DNA of 64,000 nt from Synechococcus sp. (GCA_047285305.1 JBJBDL010000003.1:1440001-1504000); one strand, 5' to 3'; positions 1 through 10,799 are shown, numbered from the stretch's first letter. Translations and numbers: made by a program. The notes: generated from the letters alone by a model not told the origin.

Positions 1-596
1 GCCAGATCCTCGTAATAGGTCATCTCCTCAGAAGGAAGCTTGATCCGTTCCTGGAAGGCGATTGCCACGTTGTAGTCACCGGCATCCATGGCTTTCGCCA
101 CCCGGGAGTTGGCGCCATCGGCACCGATGATCAGATCCACGGCAAGGGTCTTCTGCTCACCGGTGGGGCCACCACCGCTGTAGTCGGCGTAATGAATGGT
201 GTAAGGGCCCTGACGGTCTGTACCGGTGTCGATCTTTTGCACCAGGCCATTGATCAGGGTTGTGCCCAGATCGGCGGCCCTATTGCGGAGGAAGGCATCG
301 AACACCTCGCGACGGCACATGCCGATGTAAGCGTTTTCGTCGTAACCGAGGGGGTCAAGCTTGATATCCACCTCCCGGTTGGAGGGAGAAATCATCTTCA
401 TGTTGCGGACCTTGCGGTCGATGATTTCGTCGGGCAGGTCGAACTCTTCGACCATGCAGAGCGGAATGGCTCCACCACAGGGTTTGGCGTTATCGAGTTT
501 GCGCTCGAACAGCCAAGTTTCAATTCCCGCCTTGGCCAGAATTTCGGCAGCACAGGAGCCACTGGGGCCACCGCCGATCACCGCAACTCGCAACAT
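1..596 (-). CDS. chlP: Geranylgeranyl reductase, 5' part (runs off the window start)
   Basis: Read manually on the minus strand from ATG at 596: MLRVAVIGGGPSGSCAAEILAKAGIETWLFERKLDNAKPCGGAIPLCMVEEFDLP; FAD-binding motif and the KPCGGAIP signature. Confidence 0.93.
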   Translation of the reverse strand, partial: MLRVAVIGGGPSGSCAAEILAKAGIETWLFERKLDNAKPCGGAIPLCMVEEFDLPDEIIDRKVRNMKMISPSNREVDIKLDPLGYDENAYIGMCRREVFDAFLRNRAADLGTTLINGLVQKIDTGTDRQGPYTIHYADYSGGGPTGEQKTLAVDLIIGADGANSRVAKAMDAGDYNVAIAFQERIKLPSEEMTYYEDL

Positions 597-704
597 CTCA
601 GCCCGTCTCCGCTGGATTGTTTTGTGAAGCTATCACTGTCACAACAACCATTGTGGGTTGAGCTGGCTGCTGCCTTTACGATCGAAACAACACGCATCAG
701 CGCC

Positions 705-1457
705 TTGGCTCGGGCCTCCTCTGCGCGACGCATCGAGCGGGAGGACATTCCGGTCGCTCGAAGAACACGGCAGCCGCGTCAACGCAAGGGAAATGGCGCA
801 GCTGGATTGCTGTTTGGGCTCGTTCTCGTCTGTGCCGGAAGCCTCGCTGCGGTGATGCTGGTTCCCACGCTGCTGTCACGGCGCCAGCCCACGCAGAGCC
901 TTGAGATTTCAGGCTTTCGCGAACGTCCCGACGCCGATGGTCGTCTCCTGGGTCACTTTCCCTACGGAGAGGCCGACGCTGATCAACTCATTGTTTTTGA
1001 ACCGGGGATTGAGCTGAATGTGAAAGCCGCAGAGGCCCTCGACACGATGATGCGTTCCGCTTTGGCTGACGGGATTGATCTGCGTCTGCTCAGTGGATTC
1101 CGCTCACTGGCCCTCCAGGAATCGATCTTCTTTGATGTGGCCTCCGAACGGAACCAGACCGCCGAAGAGCGAGCCCAGGTGTCAGCTCCACCGGGCTACT
1201 CCGAGCACAGCACTGGTTACGCCGTTGATCTCGGCGATGGCCGTTTTCCTGAGACCAACCTCTCCCAAAGCTTTCAAGACACCGCGGCCTATAGCTGGTT
1301 GCAGAACCATGCGGCGAGATATCACTTCGTTTTGTCTTTCCCTGAGGGCAACAAACAGGGTGTGATGTACGAACCCTGGCATTGGCGCTACGAGGGCAAT
1401 GCGGATGCACTGCGTTTGTTTGAGCCGGCCAGTCGGTTCTCCAGGCGTGACCCTTGA
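705..1457 (+). CDS. D-alanyl-D-alanine carboxypeptidase, M15/VanY family, with N-terminal membrane anchor
   Basis: SGFRS, APPGYSEHSTGYAVD and YEPWHWRY motifs. Start placed near TTG 705 because the upstream part of ORF 192..1457 is antisense to chlP. Confidence 0.85.
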   Translation: MARASSARRIEREDIPVARRTRQPRQRKGNGAAGLLFGLVLVCAGSLAAVMLVPTLLSRRQPTQSLEISGFRERPDADGRLLGHFPYGEADADQLIVFEPGIELNVKAAEALDTMMRSALADGIDLRLLSGFRSLALQESIFFDVASERNQTAEERAQVSAPPGYSEHSTGYAVDLGDGRFPETNLSQSFQDTAAYSWLQNHAARYHFVLSFPEGNKQGVMYEPWHWRYEGNADALRLFEPASRFSRRDP

Positions 1458-3985
1458 CCGTTCCCGAACTGCTCTCACCTGCTGGCGACTGGGCTGCGAT
1501 GCAGGCGGCCGCTGCCTCCGGTGCCGATGCGGTGTATTTCGGCGTTAATGCCTTCAACGCCCGCCAGCGGGCTGAGAATTTCCGACTGCAAGACCTTCCT
1601 GAGGTGATGCAGTGGCTGCATCAGCGGGGTGTGAAGGGATTCCTCACCTTCAACGTGTTGGTGTTCAGCGATGAATTGGAGGCAGCGGCTCAGTTGCTGA
1701 TCGCTGCAGATCGTGCCGGCGTGGATGCAGTAATCGTCCAGGACGTGGGGCTCTGTCGCTTGGCCCAGCGGCTGGTGCCGAACCTCTGTGTGCACGGCTC
1801 AACCCAGATGTCGATCACCAGCGCCGCGGGGATTGCCCAGGCTGCCGCGCTCGGTTGCCAGCGGGTGGTGCTGGCCCGTGAGCTGGCCCTGCGTGATCTC
1901 GAGCGCCTGCAGACACAACTGATTCAGCGGAACCTTGCGATGCCGTTGGAGGTGTTTGTGCACGGCGCTCTTTGCGTCGCCTATTCCGGTCAATGTCTGA
2001 CCAGTGAATCCCTCGGGCAGCGCAGTGCCAATCGAGGTGAGTGTGCCCAGGCTTGTCGCCTGCCCTACGAAATGGTGGTGGATGGTCAACCCCACCCCCT
2101 TGAAGACCAGCGTTACCTCCTCTCGCCTCAGGATCTGGCGGCCTGGGAGCTACTGCCGGAGTTGCAGCGCATCGGCGTGGCCAGCCTCAAGATCGAAGGG
2201 CGTCTTAAGGACGCTGCCTACGTGGCTGCCGTCACCGATGCCTATCGCCAGCGCCTGGATCAAACCCCCGCTTCGGCGCCGCAGGTGCAACGCCAGCTTG
2301 AACTGGCATTTTCCCGAGGCCTTTCCACCGGTTGGCTTGAAGGGGTGAACCATCGCCGTCTGGTGCATGGCCGCTGGAGCAAGAAGAGGGGCCCGCTGCT
2401 GGGACAGTTGTTGCGTGTGGAACGGTTTGGTTGGTTGCATCTGCGCAGCCGTGAACAGCTGCATCCCGGGCAGGGCCTTGTGCTGGAACAACTGTCGTCC
2501 GACCCTCTGCAGCCGCCTCGGGAGATCGGTGGCCGGATCATGGTTTGTGAGCGGATGGGCGACGAACGCTGGAAGCTGCGCCTGGGGCCCGATCGTGTGG
2601 ATGGCTCGGGCTTGAGACCTGGCGCCTCGGTCTGGCTCACCAGTGACCCCGATTGGCAGTCCCGTTGGCAGCGTGTCGCCCGTCGCACAGTGGAGGCTCG
2701 GTCCCGGGATCTGGCGCTGCGGGTGTCCGGTCGGCTGGATGCAGCGCTGGAGTTGCACGTGATAAAGCCCCAGGGATTTGAGCTGAAGCTCTGCAGCACC
2801 ATGCCGCTGCAGAGCGCTTTGCAGCGCCCCCTGGACCGGGAACGGCTTGAGCAGCAATTGGGACGCCTGGGGGGCAGCGGTTGGTCGCTTCAGCATCTGG
2901 AGATCGAACTGGAGGGCGATCTTTTTTTGCCCGTAGCTGAACTGAACCGCATGCGTAGGGCCCTGCTGGAGCAGTTGGAGGTTTTAGGTGATGACAGCAC
3001 CGATTCAGGCCTTATTCCTGCAGCAACCAAAACGCCAGACCCAACAGCGCTGCTGGCTCAGATGTGCCCACCAGCTATTGCTCCCCTCAGCGCGACCAAG
3101 CCAGGCTTGGTGGTGCTGGTACGCAGCCTGGAGCAGCTGCAGGCCTTAGTGGATCTCTCCGGCACAGAGTTGCCGATTCGCTCTGTAGTGGCGGATCTTG
3201 AGCAGCCTCGGGAGTTGCGGGAAGCGGTGGCGATCGGTCGAGGCTGCTGGCCGGAGGGTGTATGGCTGGCCGGGGCACGGGTCACACGGCCTGATGAACG
3301 CTGGTCGCTTGAGCCACTGATTCGGGCCCGCCCTGACGGTTTCCTGGTGCGAAATGCCGATCAGCTGGAGGTGCTGACGCCGCTGGCCCCCTGCATTGGC
3401 GACTTTTCCCTCAACACCGCCAACCCTCTGAGTTTCCACTGGTATCGCGACCATTGGACGCTGCAGCGACTCACGGCCAGTTACGACCTCAACCTTCAGC
3501 AACTGCTGGATCTGGCCACCGCCATTGATCCAGCGTTGTTGGAGGTCACCTTGCATCAGCACATGCCGTTGTTCCACATGGAGCATTGCCTGTTCTGTGC
3601 ATTCCTCTCGGACGGCAAGGATCACACCGATTGCGGTCGTCCCTGTGAGAAGCACCACGTAACCCTGCGGGATCGCAGCGGCGTTGAACATCCCCTACGG
3701 GCTGATCTGGGTTGTCGCAACACCCTTTTCAATGGCACGGCGCAATCGGGCGTCGAGGCGCTTCCGTCGCTGCTGCGGGCAGGCGTGCGCAGGATCCGGC
3801 TCGAACTTCTCGATGAGGATGCCGCTGCGACGCGCCGGCGCGTCAGCCTTTACGCCGAGGCTCTGGCGGGTCGGATGGCCACCCAGGAGGTCTGGTCCCA
3901 GGAGCAGATCCACCACCAGCTGGGAGTCACCCGAGGCAGCCTGCGCAGCAAGGGTCCGGAGCGCACCAGTCGATTCTCACGTTGA
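1454..3985 (+). CDS. Peptidase U32 family protein (long, RlhA-like RNA hydroxylation type)
   Basis: PELLSPAG, EVFVHGALCVAYSGQC, SANRGECAQACR and LKIEGR motifs; 843 aa with a second U32-like C-terminal region. Confidence 0.85.
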   Translation: MTVPELLSPAGDWAAMQAAAASGADAVYFGVNAFNARQRAENFRLQDLPEVMQWLHQRGVKGFLTFNVLVFSDELEAAAQLLIAADRAGVDAVIVQDVGLCRLAQRLVPNLCVHGSTQMSITSAAGIAQAAALGCQRVVLARELALRDLERLQTQLIQRNLAMPLEVFVHGALCVAYSGQCLTSESLGQRSANRGECAQACRLPYEMVVDGQPHPLEDQRYLLSPQDLAAWELLPELQRIGVASLKIEGRLKDAAYVAAVTDAYRQRLDQTPASAPQVQRQLELAFSRGLSTGWLEGVNHRRLVHGRWSKKRGPLLGQLLRVERFGWLHLRSREQLHPGQGLVLEQLSSDPLQPPREIGGRIMVCERMGDERWKLRLGPDRVDGSGLRPGASVWLTSDPDWQSRWQRVARRTVEARSRDLALRVSGRLDAALELHVIKPQGFELKLCSTMPLQSALQRPLDRERLEQQLGRLGGSGWSLQHLEIELEGDLFLPVAELNRMRRALLEQLEVLGDDSTDSGLIPAATKTPDPTALLAQMCPPAIAPLSATKPGLVVLVRSLEQLQALVDLSGTELPIRSVVADLEQPRELREAVAIGRGCWPEGVWLAGARVTRPDERWSLEPLIRARPDGFLVRNADQLEVLTPLAPCIGDFSLNTANPLSFHWYRDHWTLQRLTASYDLNLQQLLDLATAIDPALLEVTLHQHMPLFHMEHCLFCAFLSDGKDHTDCGRPCEKHHVTLRDRSGVEHPLRADLGCRNTLFNGTAQSGVEALPSLLRAGVRRIRLELLDEDAAATRRRVSLYAEALAGRMATQEVWSQEQIHHQLGVTRGSLRSKGPERTSRFSR

Positions 3986-4042
3986 GATAACCTGTCGCAC
4001 TGCGCCTTTGGCGTTCTTCACAAATACTTACGGTCAGCCCGC

Positions 4043-5851
4043 ATGAGCGCCAACAACAAGGCGATCCGCAACATCGCGATCATCGCCCACGTTGATCACG
4101 GCAAGACGACTCTGGTCGATTCGCTGTTGGCGCAGTCAGGAATTTTCCGCGACAATGAGGCCGTCCCCACCTGTGTGATGGACTCCAACGACCTGGAGCG
4201 TGAGCGGGGCATCACGATCCTGTCGAAAAACACGGCGGTCACCTACAACGAAACCCGGATCAACATCGTTGACACCCCTGGTCACGCCGATTTCGGTGGA
4301 GAAGTGGAGCGGGTGCTGGGCATGGTTGACGGTTGCCTGCTGATCGTGGATGCCAATGAGGGGCCGATGCCCCAGACACGGTTTGTTCTGAAGAAGGCTC
4401 TCGAGCAGGGCCTGCGTCCGATCGTGTTCGTCAACAAGATCGACCGGGCCCGGGTGGATCCCGAGACCGCCGTCGACAAGGTGCTCGATCTGTTCATCGA
4501 ACTCGGCGCTGACGATGATCAGTGCGATTTCCCCTACCTGTTCGGCAGCGGTCTTGGTGGCTTCGCCAAGCCCGACATGAAGACCGACAGCGACAACATG
4601 CGTCCGCTGTTCGATGCCATCCTGCGTCACGTTCCGCCTCCGGTTGGTGATCCGGAGAAGCCCCTCCAGCTGCAAATCACCACCCTTGACTATTCCGACT
4701 TCCTTGGCCGGATCATCATTGGCCGCGTTCACAACGGAAAAATCAAACAAGGTCAGAACGCTGCACTGATCAAGGATGACGGCAGCATCAAGAAGGGCCG
4801 CATCAGCAAGCTGCTGGGCTTCGAAGGTCTGCAGCGCGTCGAGATCGAAGAGGCTTCTGCCGGTGATCTGGTGGCTGTGGCTGGCTTTGACGACGTCAAC
4901 ATCGGCGAAACCATCGCCTGCCCCGATGAGCCCACCGCTCTGCCGCTGATCAAGGTTGATGAGCCCACCCTGCAGATGACCTTTGTCGTCAACGATTCAC
5001 CCTTCGCTGGCAAGGAAGGCAAGTTCGTCACCAGTCGTCAGGTGCGTGACCGCTTGCAGCGTGAGTTGCTCACCAACGTTGCCCTGCGTGTGGAAGACAC
5101 CGATTCACCGGACCGTTTTGCGGTGAGTGGACGCGGTGAGCTGCACCTCGGCATCCTGATCGAGACCATGCGCCGTGAGGGCTATGAGTTCCAGGTGTCC
5201 CAGCCGCAGGTGATCTACCGCACTATCGATGGCACCCCCTGTGAGCCGGTGGAAACCCTGGTGATGGATGTGCCTGAACCAGCGGTGGGCAGCTGCATCG
5301 AAAAACTGGGCACCCGCAAGGGCGAGATGCAGAACATGGAAACCAGCGCTGATGGCCGCACCCAGCTGGAGTTCATCGTTCCCTCTCGCGGTCTGATTGG
5401 TTTCCGCGGTGAATTCATCCGCGCCACCCGCGGCGAAGGAATCATGAGCCATTCGTTCTATGAATACCGGCCGATGATGGGTGAATTCGATACCCGCCGG
5501 AACGGTGTGCTGATCGCCTTCGAAGAGGGAACAGCAACGTTCTATGCCCTCAAGAACGCCGAGGATCGCGGCCAGTTCTTCATCAGCCCGGGCACCAAGG
5601 TCTACAAGGGAATGATCATCGGGGAATACAACCGGCCTCAGGACCTGGAGATCAATGTCTGCAAGACCAAGCAGCTCACCAACATGCGTTCCGCGGGCGC
5701 TGAGGAATTGGACACGCTGCAGGCACCGGTCCAGATGACGCTGGAGCGCGCGCTGGAATACATCGGTCCCGATGAGATGCTCGAAGTCACGCCCGAGTCG
5801 ATCCGTCTGCGCAAACTTCCCGGCAAGAAGCCGGCCAAGTCCAAGCGCTGA
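4043..5851 (+). CDS. typA: Translational GTPase TypA/BipA
   Basis: [35 protein letters not shown] and [11 protein letters not shown] motifs. Confidence 0.97.
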   Translation: MSANNKAIRNIAIIAHVDHGKTTLVDSLLAQSGIFRDNEAVPTCVMDSNDLERERGITILSKNTAVTYNETRINIVDTPGHADFGGEVERVLGMVDGCLLIVDANEGPMPQTRFVLKKALEQGLRPIVFVNKIDRARVDPETAVDKVLDLFIELGADDDQCDFPYLFGSGLGGFAKPDMKTDSDNMRPLFDAILRHVPPPVGDPEKPLQLQITTLDYSDFLGRIIIGRVHNGKIKQGQNAALIKDDGSIKKGRISKLLGFEGLQRVEIEEASAGDLVAVAGFDDVNIGETIACPDEPTALPLIKVDEPTLQMTFVVNDSPFAGKEGKFVTSRQVRDRLQRELLTNVALRVEDTDSPDRFAVSGRGELHLGILIETMRREGYEFQVSQPQVIYRTIDGTPCEPVETLVMDVPEPAVGSCIEKLGTRKGEMQNMETSADGRTQLEFIVPSRGLIGFRGEFIRATRGEGIMSHSFYEYRPMMGEFDTRRNGVLIAFEEGTATFYALKNAEDRGQFFISPGTKVYKGMIIGEYNRPQDLEINVCKTKQLTNMRSAGAEELDTLQAPVQMTLERALEYIGPDEMLEVTPESIRLRKLPGKKPAKSKR

Positions 5852-6207
5852 TGCCTCAGGCGGACCCTCGCTTTCAGCAGTGTGTGGAGCTCTTCAATGC
5901 GGGTGAGTGGTACGCCGCTCATGATCTGTTTGAGGAGCTCTGGCATGAAACAGCCGATCCGGAACGGCGCAGCCTTCAGGGGATCCTGCAGGTGGCAGTA
6001 GCACAGTTGCACCTGCAACGGGGCAACCGGCGCGGAGCCACGATTCTTTTCGGTGAAGCTCTGGGTCGTCTCAAACGTCCGGGAACCCCAGATCTTGGCC
6101 TTGATCTTGCGTCTCTGTGCCGTGCTGCGCAACAGCGGCTCGAGGCGCTTCAGCAGGATGGGGATCCCGAGTCATGCACTGTCCCTGTTCTTGAGTTCAT
6201 GCGCTGA
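5851..6207 (+). CDS. DUF309 family protein
   Basis: LFNAGEWYAAHDLFEELW and QGILQVAVA motifs. Confidence 0.85.
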   Translation: MPQADPRFQQCVELFNAGEWYAAHDLFEELWHETADPERRSLQGILQVAVAQLHLQRGNRRGATILFGEALGRLKRPGTPDLGLDLASLCRAAQQRLEALQQDGDPESCTVPVLEFMR

Positions 6208-6257
6208 AGCGCCGGTAATCTCGACGAACTTGGACAGGTGGTGTGGCAGTGAAAGCA

Positions 6258-6695
6258 ATGCTCCGTTTCCGGGGGCTTCTTTTAGCTCTGCCCCTTCTGA
6301 CCGTCCTGTCCCCCCTGGTTTCGGCCCAGGCTCAGCAAACAGCTGACGCAGGCGTCATCACCATTGAGTCCGACCTGCAATCGGCCGACAACGGCACGGG
6401 AGTAATTACCGCTAGTGGCAATGTCCGCTTTGTGCATGCCGGTCGTGGTTTGGTGGCCACCAGCCGACAGGCCCAGTACTTCACGGAGGAAGACCGGATT
6501 GTGCTGAGTGGTGATGTGGATGTGATCCAGGCTGATGGCAACCAGCTCCGCGCTGATCGCCTCACTTATCTGCTGGACGAAGGTCGCGTGATTGCCAGTC
6601 CCGTTCCGGGCCAGCAGGTGTTCAGTCAGTGGTCGCTTACTCCCAGCCAACCCGTGCTCGACGTTCAGGCCGAGACAAACCCGGTGACTCCATGA
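6258..6695 (+). CDS. lptA: LptA/OstA family periplasmic LPS export protein
   Basis: Signal peptide, beta-jellyroll repeats (ASGNV, LSGDV), directly upstream of lptB. Confidence 0.8.
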   Translation: MLRFRGLLLALPLLTVLSPLVSAQAQQTADAGVITIESDLQSADNGTGVITASGNVRFVHAGRGLVATSRQAQYFTEEDRIVLSGDVDVIQADGNQLRADRLTYLLDEGRVIASPVPGQQVFSQWSLTPSQPVLDVQAETNPVTP

Positions 6696-7420
6696 CCCTC
6701 GAACTGTCGAATGTCTCCATCACCCTTGGGGGCCGCCAGTTGGTGAAGGGTTTGGATCTGAACCTTGCCCCCGGCGAGGTGGTCGGCCTGCTGGGTCCTA
6801 ATGGAGCTGGAAAAACCACCACCTTCAACCTGGTGATCGGTTTGCTCTCCCCTGATCAGGGCGAGGTGACCGTGAACGGTGAGCGGGTCACCCATCTGCC
6901 CATGCCGGAGCGAGCCCGGCTTGGTGTGGGTTACTTGCCCCAGGAAGCGAGTGTGTTTCGCAATCTCACGGTGCGTGAGAACCTGGATATCGCCCTTGAA
7001 CAGACCGATCTCAGTTCCAAACAGCGACGGGATCGGCGCCAGCAGCTGATTGAGGACTTTCACCTCTGCGCGTTCATCAACCGTCTTGGCTTCCAGCTCT
7101 CCGGGGGAGAACGTCGCCGTTGTGAAGTGGCCAGGGCGCTGGCATCGGGTGCCAACGGACCGACGTATCTGCTTTTGGATGAACCCTTTGCCGGCGTAGA
7201 CCCTCTTGCAGTAGCGGATCTGCAGCAGCTGATCAAGGAGTTGCGCTCCCGGGGCATGGGGATTCTGATCACCGATCACAACGTGCGCGAAACCCTGGCC
7301 ACCACCGATCGGGCTTACATCCTCAACGATGGTGCGGTCTTGGCTGCAGGACGTTCCGATGAGGTGGCAGCTGATCCACAAGTGCGTCGTTATTACCTCG
7401 GGGAGGGATTCCAACTGTGA
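6692..7420 (+). CDS. lptB: LPS export ABC transporter ATP-binding protein
   Basis: GPNGAGKTT, GYLPQEASVFR, LSGGERRRCEVARAL, DEPFAGVDP, TDHNVRETL, YYLGEGF. Confidence 0.95.
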   Translation: MTLELSNVSITLGGRQLVKGLDLNLAPGEVVGLLGPNGAGKTTTFNLVIGLLSPDQGEVTVNGERVTHLPMPERARLGVGYLPQEASVFRNLTVRENLDIALEQTDLSSKQRRDRRQQLIEDFHLCAFINRLGFQLSGGERRRCEVARALASGANGPTYLLLDEPFAGVDPLAVADLQQLIKELRSRGMGILITDHNVRETLATTDRAYILNDGAVLAAGRSDEVAADPQVRRYYLGEGFQL

Positions 7421-8580
7421 TTTTGGATCGTCTCAAACGGGCCACCTGGATGCGCCTTGATCTTCTGGATCGTTGGTTGCTCAAGGAGCTTATTGGCCCG
7501 CTTCTGTTCTTTATTGCCCTGTTCACCCTGTTGCTGCTTACGGGTGGCGTGATGTTTGAACTGGTGCGGCAGATGGTCGATAAGAACCTGCCGATCATGA
7601 TCGCGGCTCAGGTGTTGTTTTTGAGCATCCCGCGTTGGTTGGCTTTCTCTGTTCCGATTGGAACGCTGATGGCATCTTTGTTCGTGTTCACCCGCCTGTC
7701 CGCAAACAACGAACTCACTGCCCTGCGTAGCCTCGGCATCACCACAAAGCGGATGATCAGTGCTGCCATCGCCCTCTCGATGGCGATGACTCTGTTCAGC
7801 TTCGTCTTGAACGATGTGGTCGTGCCCCGCAGCGAGCGTTATGCAGAAGTCAACTTGAAGCGCGGTTTGGGCCAAGCTATAGCAAATAAAACAGGAGAAG
7901 ACATTATTTACCCTCGATTTGGTAGGCGTACTGGAATAGATGGAAAGTCGGCAGACAGAGGCTTATTACAACTGTTTTATTCAAGGAAATTTCAAGATGG
8001 TGAAATGAAAGATGTAACGGTGCTGGACTTCTCTAGATCCGGCATTACTCAGTTATTGCGAGCTGATCGGGCCGTCTGGAATGAGGATCAGGCTGGTTGG
8101 GATTTCCTGAATGGACACATACTCACTTTGATCGCTAATGGAAGCTCTACCAAGGCAGATTTCGAACGTTATCTGTACCCTCTTGACTCAGCTCCTCAGC
8201 GAATGGCAGGAATTGAAGAAGATGCGGTCAACATGACTGTTGCTGAAGCATTGCAGGCTCAGAGGTTGTACGAAGAGTCCGGAAGCATCAAGGAAGCCCG
8301 TAAAATTCGTGTGCGGATCCAGGAAAAGTTCACGGTTCCGATGGCCTGTCTGGTGTTTGGTCTGTTTGGAGCCACCCTCGGTGCTCAGCCCACTTACCGC
8401 ACCAGCCGAAGCTTCTCGTTTGTGCTCACTCTTGGGATCATCGCCGTTTATTACGTTATTGGTTTCAGCTTCAGTTCCCTGGGGGTGAAGGGAACCCTGT
8501 CACCGATTTTGGCGGCCTGGCTGCCCGTGATGTTGTTTCTCGGGGCGGGTGGTCTGTTGCTGAAACAGGCCAGTCGCTGA
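7417..8580 (+). CDS. LptF/LptG family LPS export permease
   Basis: LDRWLLKEL start, [16 protein letters not shown], three TM helices, periplasmic domain, three TM helices, AAWLP; follows lptB. Confidence 0.9.
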   Translation: MILDRLKRATWMRLDLLDRWLLKELIGPLLFFIALFTLLLLTGGVMFELVRQMVDKNLPIMIAAQVLFLSIPRWLAFSVPIGTLMASLFVFTRLSANNELTALRSLGITTKRMISAAIALSMAMTLFSFVLNDVVVPRSERYAEVNLKRGLGQAIANKTGEDIIYPRFGRRTGIDGKSADRGLLQLFYSRKFQDGEMKDVTVLDFSRSGITQLLRADRAVWNEDQAGWDFLNGHILTLIANGSSTKADFERYLYPLDSAPQRMAGIEEDAVNMTVAEALQAQRLYEESGSIKEARKIRVRIQEKFTVPMACLVFGLFGATLGAQPTYRTSRSFSFVLTLGIIAVYYVIGFSFSSLGVKGTLSPILAAWLPVMLFLGAGGLLLKQASR

Positions 8581-8600
8581 TTGGCCGAGGCAGAATCTCC

Positions 8601-9533
8601 GTGTTTTCGGGGAATGGTGTGCTGAACACGCCTTTTGAGTTGGTCACCAGCCTCGGCTTCGCAGGCTTTGTGTTGCTGCTGGTGGCCATGCCTCTGGCTT
8701 TCTGGGCGGTGTCCAGCCAGTCCCGTGCTGGTTTGGTTCGGCTGCTGGTGGCCGTCGCCAACCTTCTGTTCACAGCTCAGCTGATTCTGCGCTGGTGGCA
8801 GTCCGGTCACTTCCCGATCAGCAACCTCTACGAATCCCTGTGCTTCCTGGCCTGGGCTTGCACGCTCACCCAGTTGCTGGTGGAACGGGCCTGGCCTTCT
8901 CCCATCGTCGCGGCAGCGGCCACTCCCATGGGTCTCGGTTGTATCGCTTTTGCCAGCTTTGCCTTGCCCGATCAATTGCAGTCAGCAGCTCCTTTGGTCC
9001 CTGCCCTGCGCTCCAGCTGGTTGGTCATGCATGTGAGCGTGATCATGGTGAGTTATGCCGCTCTGCTGGTGGGATCCTTGCTCTCACTGGCGGTGTTAGT
9101 CACGGATCGCGACCAATCCCTGGAACTGCGGAGCAGTTCCATTGGCAGTGGTGGATTTCGTAAGGCGGCCTCGATCGCGAACTCTGGTTCTGTTCAGCTG
9201 CAATCGGTTCAGCTGAGGACCAATGAACAACTCGATAGCCTTAGTTATCGCACGATCACGGTTGGGTTCTTGATGCTCACGGTGGGCATCGTGAGTGGTG
9301 CGGTTTGGGCCAACGAAGCCTGGGGCAGCTACTGGAGCTGGGATCCCAAGGAAACTTGGGCATTAATTTGCTGGTTGGTGTACGCCGCTTATCTGCACAC
9401 CCGCCTCAGTCGCGGTTGGCAGGGCCGACGCCCAGCTCTTGTTGCTGTGATTGGCCTCGTGGTGATCGCTGTTTGCTACATCGGGGTGAATTTGCTGGGC
9501 ATTGGTTTGCACAGCTACGGCTGGTTTTTCTGA
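8601..9533 (+). CDS. ccsA: Cytochrome c biogenesis protein CcsA (system II)
   Basis: [15 protein letters not shown] motif [25 protein letters not shown]-terminus. Confidence 0.95.
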   Translation: MFSGNGVLNTPFELVTSLGFAGFVLLLVAMPLAFWAVSSQSRAGLVRLLVAVANLLFTAQLILRWWQSGHFPISNLYESLCFLAWACTLTQLLVERAWPSPIVAAAATPMGLGCIAFASFALPDQLQSAAPLVPALRSSWLVMHVSVIMVSYAALLVGSLLSLAVLVTDRDQSLELRSSSIGSGGFRKAASIANSGSVQLQSVQLRTNEQLDSLSYRTITVGFLMLTVGIVSGAVWANEAWGSYWSWDPKETWALICWLVYAAYLHTRLSRGWQGRRPALVAVIGLVVIAVCYIGVNLLGIGLHSYGWFF

Positions 9534-9754
9534 ATTCCAGTGAACAACGAGGCATGCTCTCTAGCCACAATTTTCACCCTCGGATGAGAGATTGATCCTT
9601 TGGCCTAGATTCCACATTCCAGGGATGTTTTGCCAGGGTTCAGTCTGTCAAGACGGCCCACCATCAGTGGAAGAGATTCTTGAGCTGCATGCCTGCAGCT
9701 GCGGATGGAAAACGTGGTGGAGATGTGGGTCTGGCAGCGCAAGCAGTTACCGAT

Positions 9755-9824
9755 TGGGGATCGAGGCCTAACGGACTCTCCCCACCACTGAGGGGGGATC
9801 GAGGTTCACTTGGACTTTCCCCCC
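9755..9824 (+). ncRNA. Two tandem bulged hairpins, candidate structured RNA (possibly Cyano-2 related)
   Basis: tggggatcgaggcctaacggactctcccca (9755-9784) and ggggggatcgaggttcacttggactttcccccc (9792-9824) fold the same way; related copies on the minus strand near 57051 and 59696. Confidence 0.55.
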
Positions 9825-9916
9825 ATACCAATCAACCCTTGGTTGTGATCACATCCTTAGCTCGCCCGAAAGTAACGAAAAAATCAGTTCCTGCGGGGAC
9901 ATTTGTCTCACTGAGA

Positions 9917-10087
9917 TCAGCGATGCCGGATCGTTGGTTGGTAGGTTTCGCTCTCTTCTGCTTCCGAGCGCAGATAACGCTTCCGCTGCGCCGATTCCAA
10001 GCCAGACAGCAAGACATCACTTGAGGGTGCGATCCGCTGAGGCCGATTTAGCCCCCGAATCAGTGGATGGATGCCTCGTTTGCTCAT
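9917..10087 (-). CDS. Small hypothetical protein (56 aa)
   Basis: MSKRGIHPLIRGLNRPQRIAPSSDVLLSGLESAQRKRYLR...; GGGAG RBS-like sequence upstream of ATG 10087. Confidence 0.55.
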   Translation of the reverse strand: MSKRGIHPLIRGLNRPQRIAPSSDVLLSGLESAQRKRYLRSEAEESETYQPTIRHR

Positions 10088-10257
10088 GCTGTTCTCCCGG
10101 TTATGCGTGAATCTCGTTTCGTGACCTGTGGCCAATCGTGTGCTCGAATAATTCCATGATCACCAATCTTGTTTTGTGATCCACGTCACTGATTAGCGTG
10201 ATGCTCTGCCCTTCTACCCCATAGTTGGCTTCTCAGGACATGCACAAGCCAACGTGC

Positions 10258-10292
10258 AAAAAGGAAGGCCACCCCTGCATAGGGATGGCCTG
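10258..10292 (-). terminator. Rho-independent terminator
   Basis: Minus strand aggccatccc-tatgca-ggggtggcct hairpin followed by tcc and a T run. Confidence 0.55.
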
Positions 10293-10518
10293 AACCTTGT
10301 TTGCGTTCTTTGAAGCTGAACGAAGCGTCTGGCTGTATGGCTTGTCAGACCAGTCAGGCAGCTTCTAGATCTTGCTCAGTTGGACTGTCGTCACGCATTG
10401 GACGCCTCCGACTTCGACTCCCCCATTCTCCTCCAGTGGAGATGCTTTGATCATCCGTATTTCAACTCAGCGGTAGGGAGCAGTGCCTAGGCCTGCCCGA
10501 TGCTCAAAGCCAACAGAA

Positions 10519-10647
10519 CTATTGAGCCAAATGTTGAAGGACCGCACCGATATTCATGCTCCCTTTTAGATATCCGGCAAAAGCCAATGCGATCACACCA
10601 GCATTAAGCGCTAGGAACGCGGCAACCAATTTGACGTCGTCATTCAT
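10519..10647 (-). CDS. Small membrane protein (42 aa), below the ORF track cutoff
   Basis: Manual translation MNDDVKLVAAFLALNAGVIALAFAGYLKGSMNIGAVLQHLAQ; one hydrophobic helix. Confidence 0.55.
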   Translation of the reverse strand: MNDDVKLVAAFLALNAGVIALAFAGYLKGSMNIGAVLQHLAQ

Positions 10648-10745
10648 CCATTGATTATCGGAGGGGTGTTCGCGTGACTGTGGTCACCAAATCTTTGGAG
10701 ATGATGAAACTGCTCAAGCGCTGGGTTCTTTCCTGAAGTGGTCAC

Positions 10746-10773
10746 AAAAAAGCCCGGCGTTGGTGCCGGGCTT
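10746..10773 (-). terminator. Rho-independent terminator of rpe
   Basis: aaaaaagcccggc-gttggt-gccgggctt; GC stem with a U tract on the minus strand just past the rpe stop. Confidence 0.85.
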
Positions 10774-10799
10774 GTGGTGTTCAGTTGATGGTCTGCCAA

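Noticed and set aside
192..704. N-terminal 171 codons of ORF 192..1457
   Set aside because: Mostly the antisense shadow of chlP; the M15 peptidase starts near 705.
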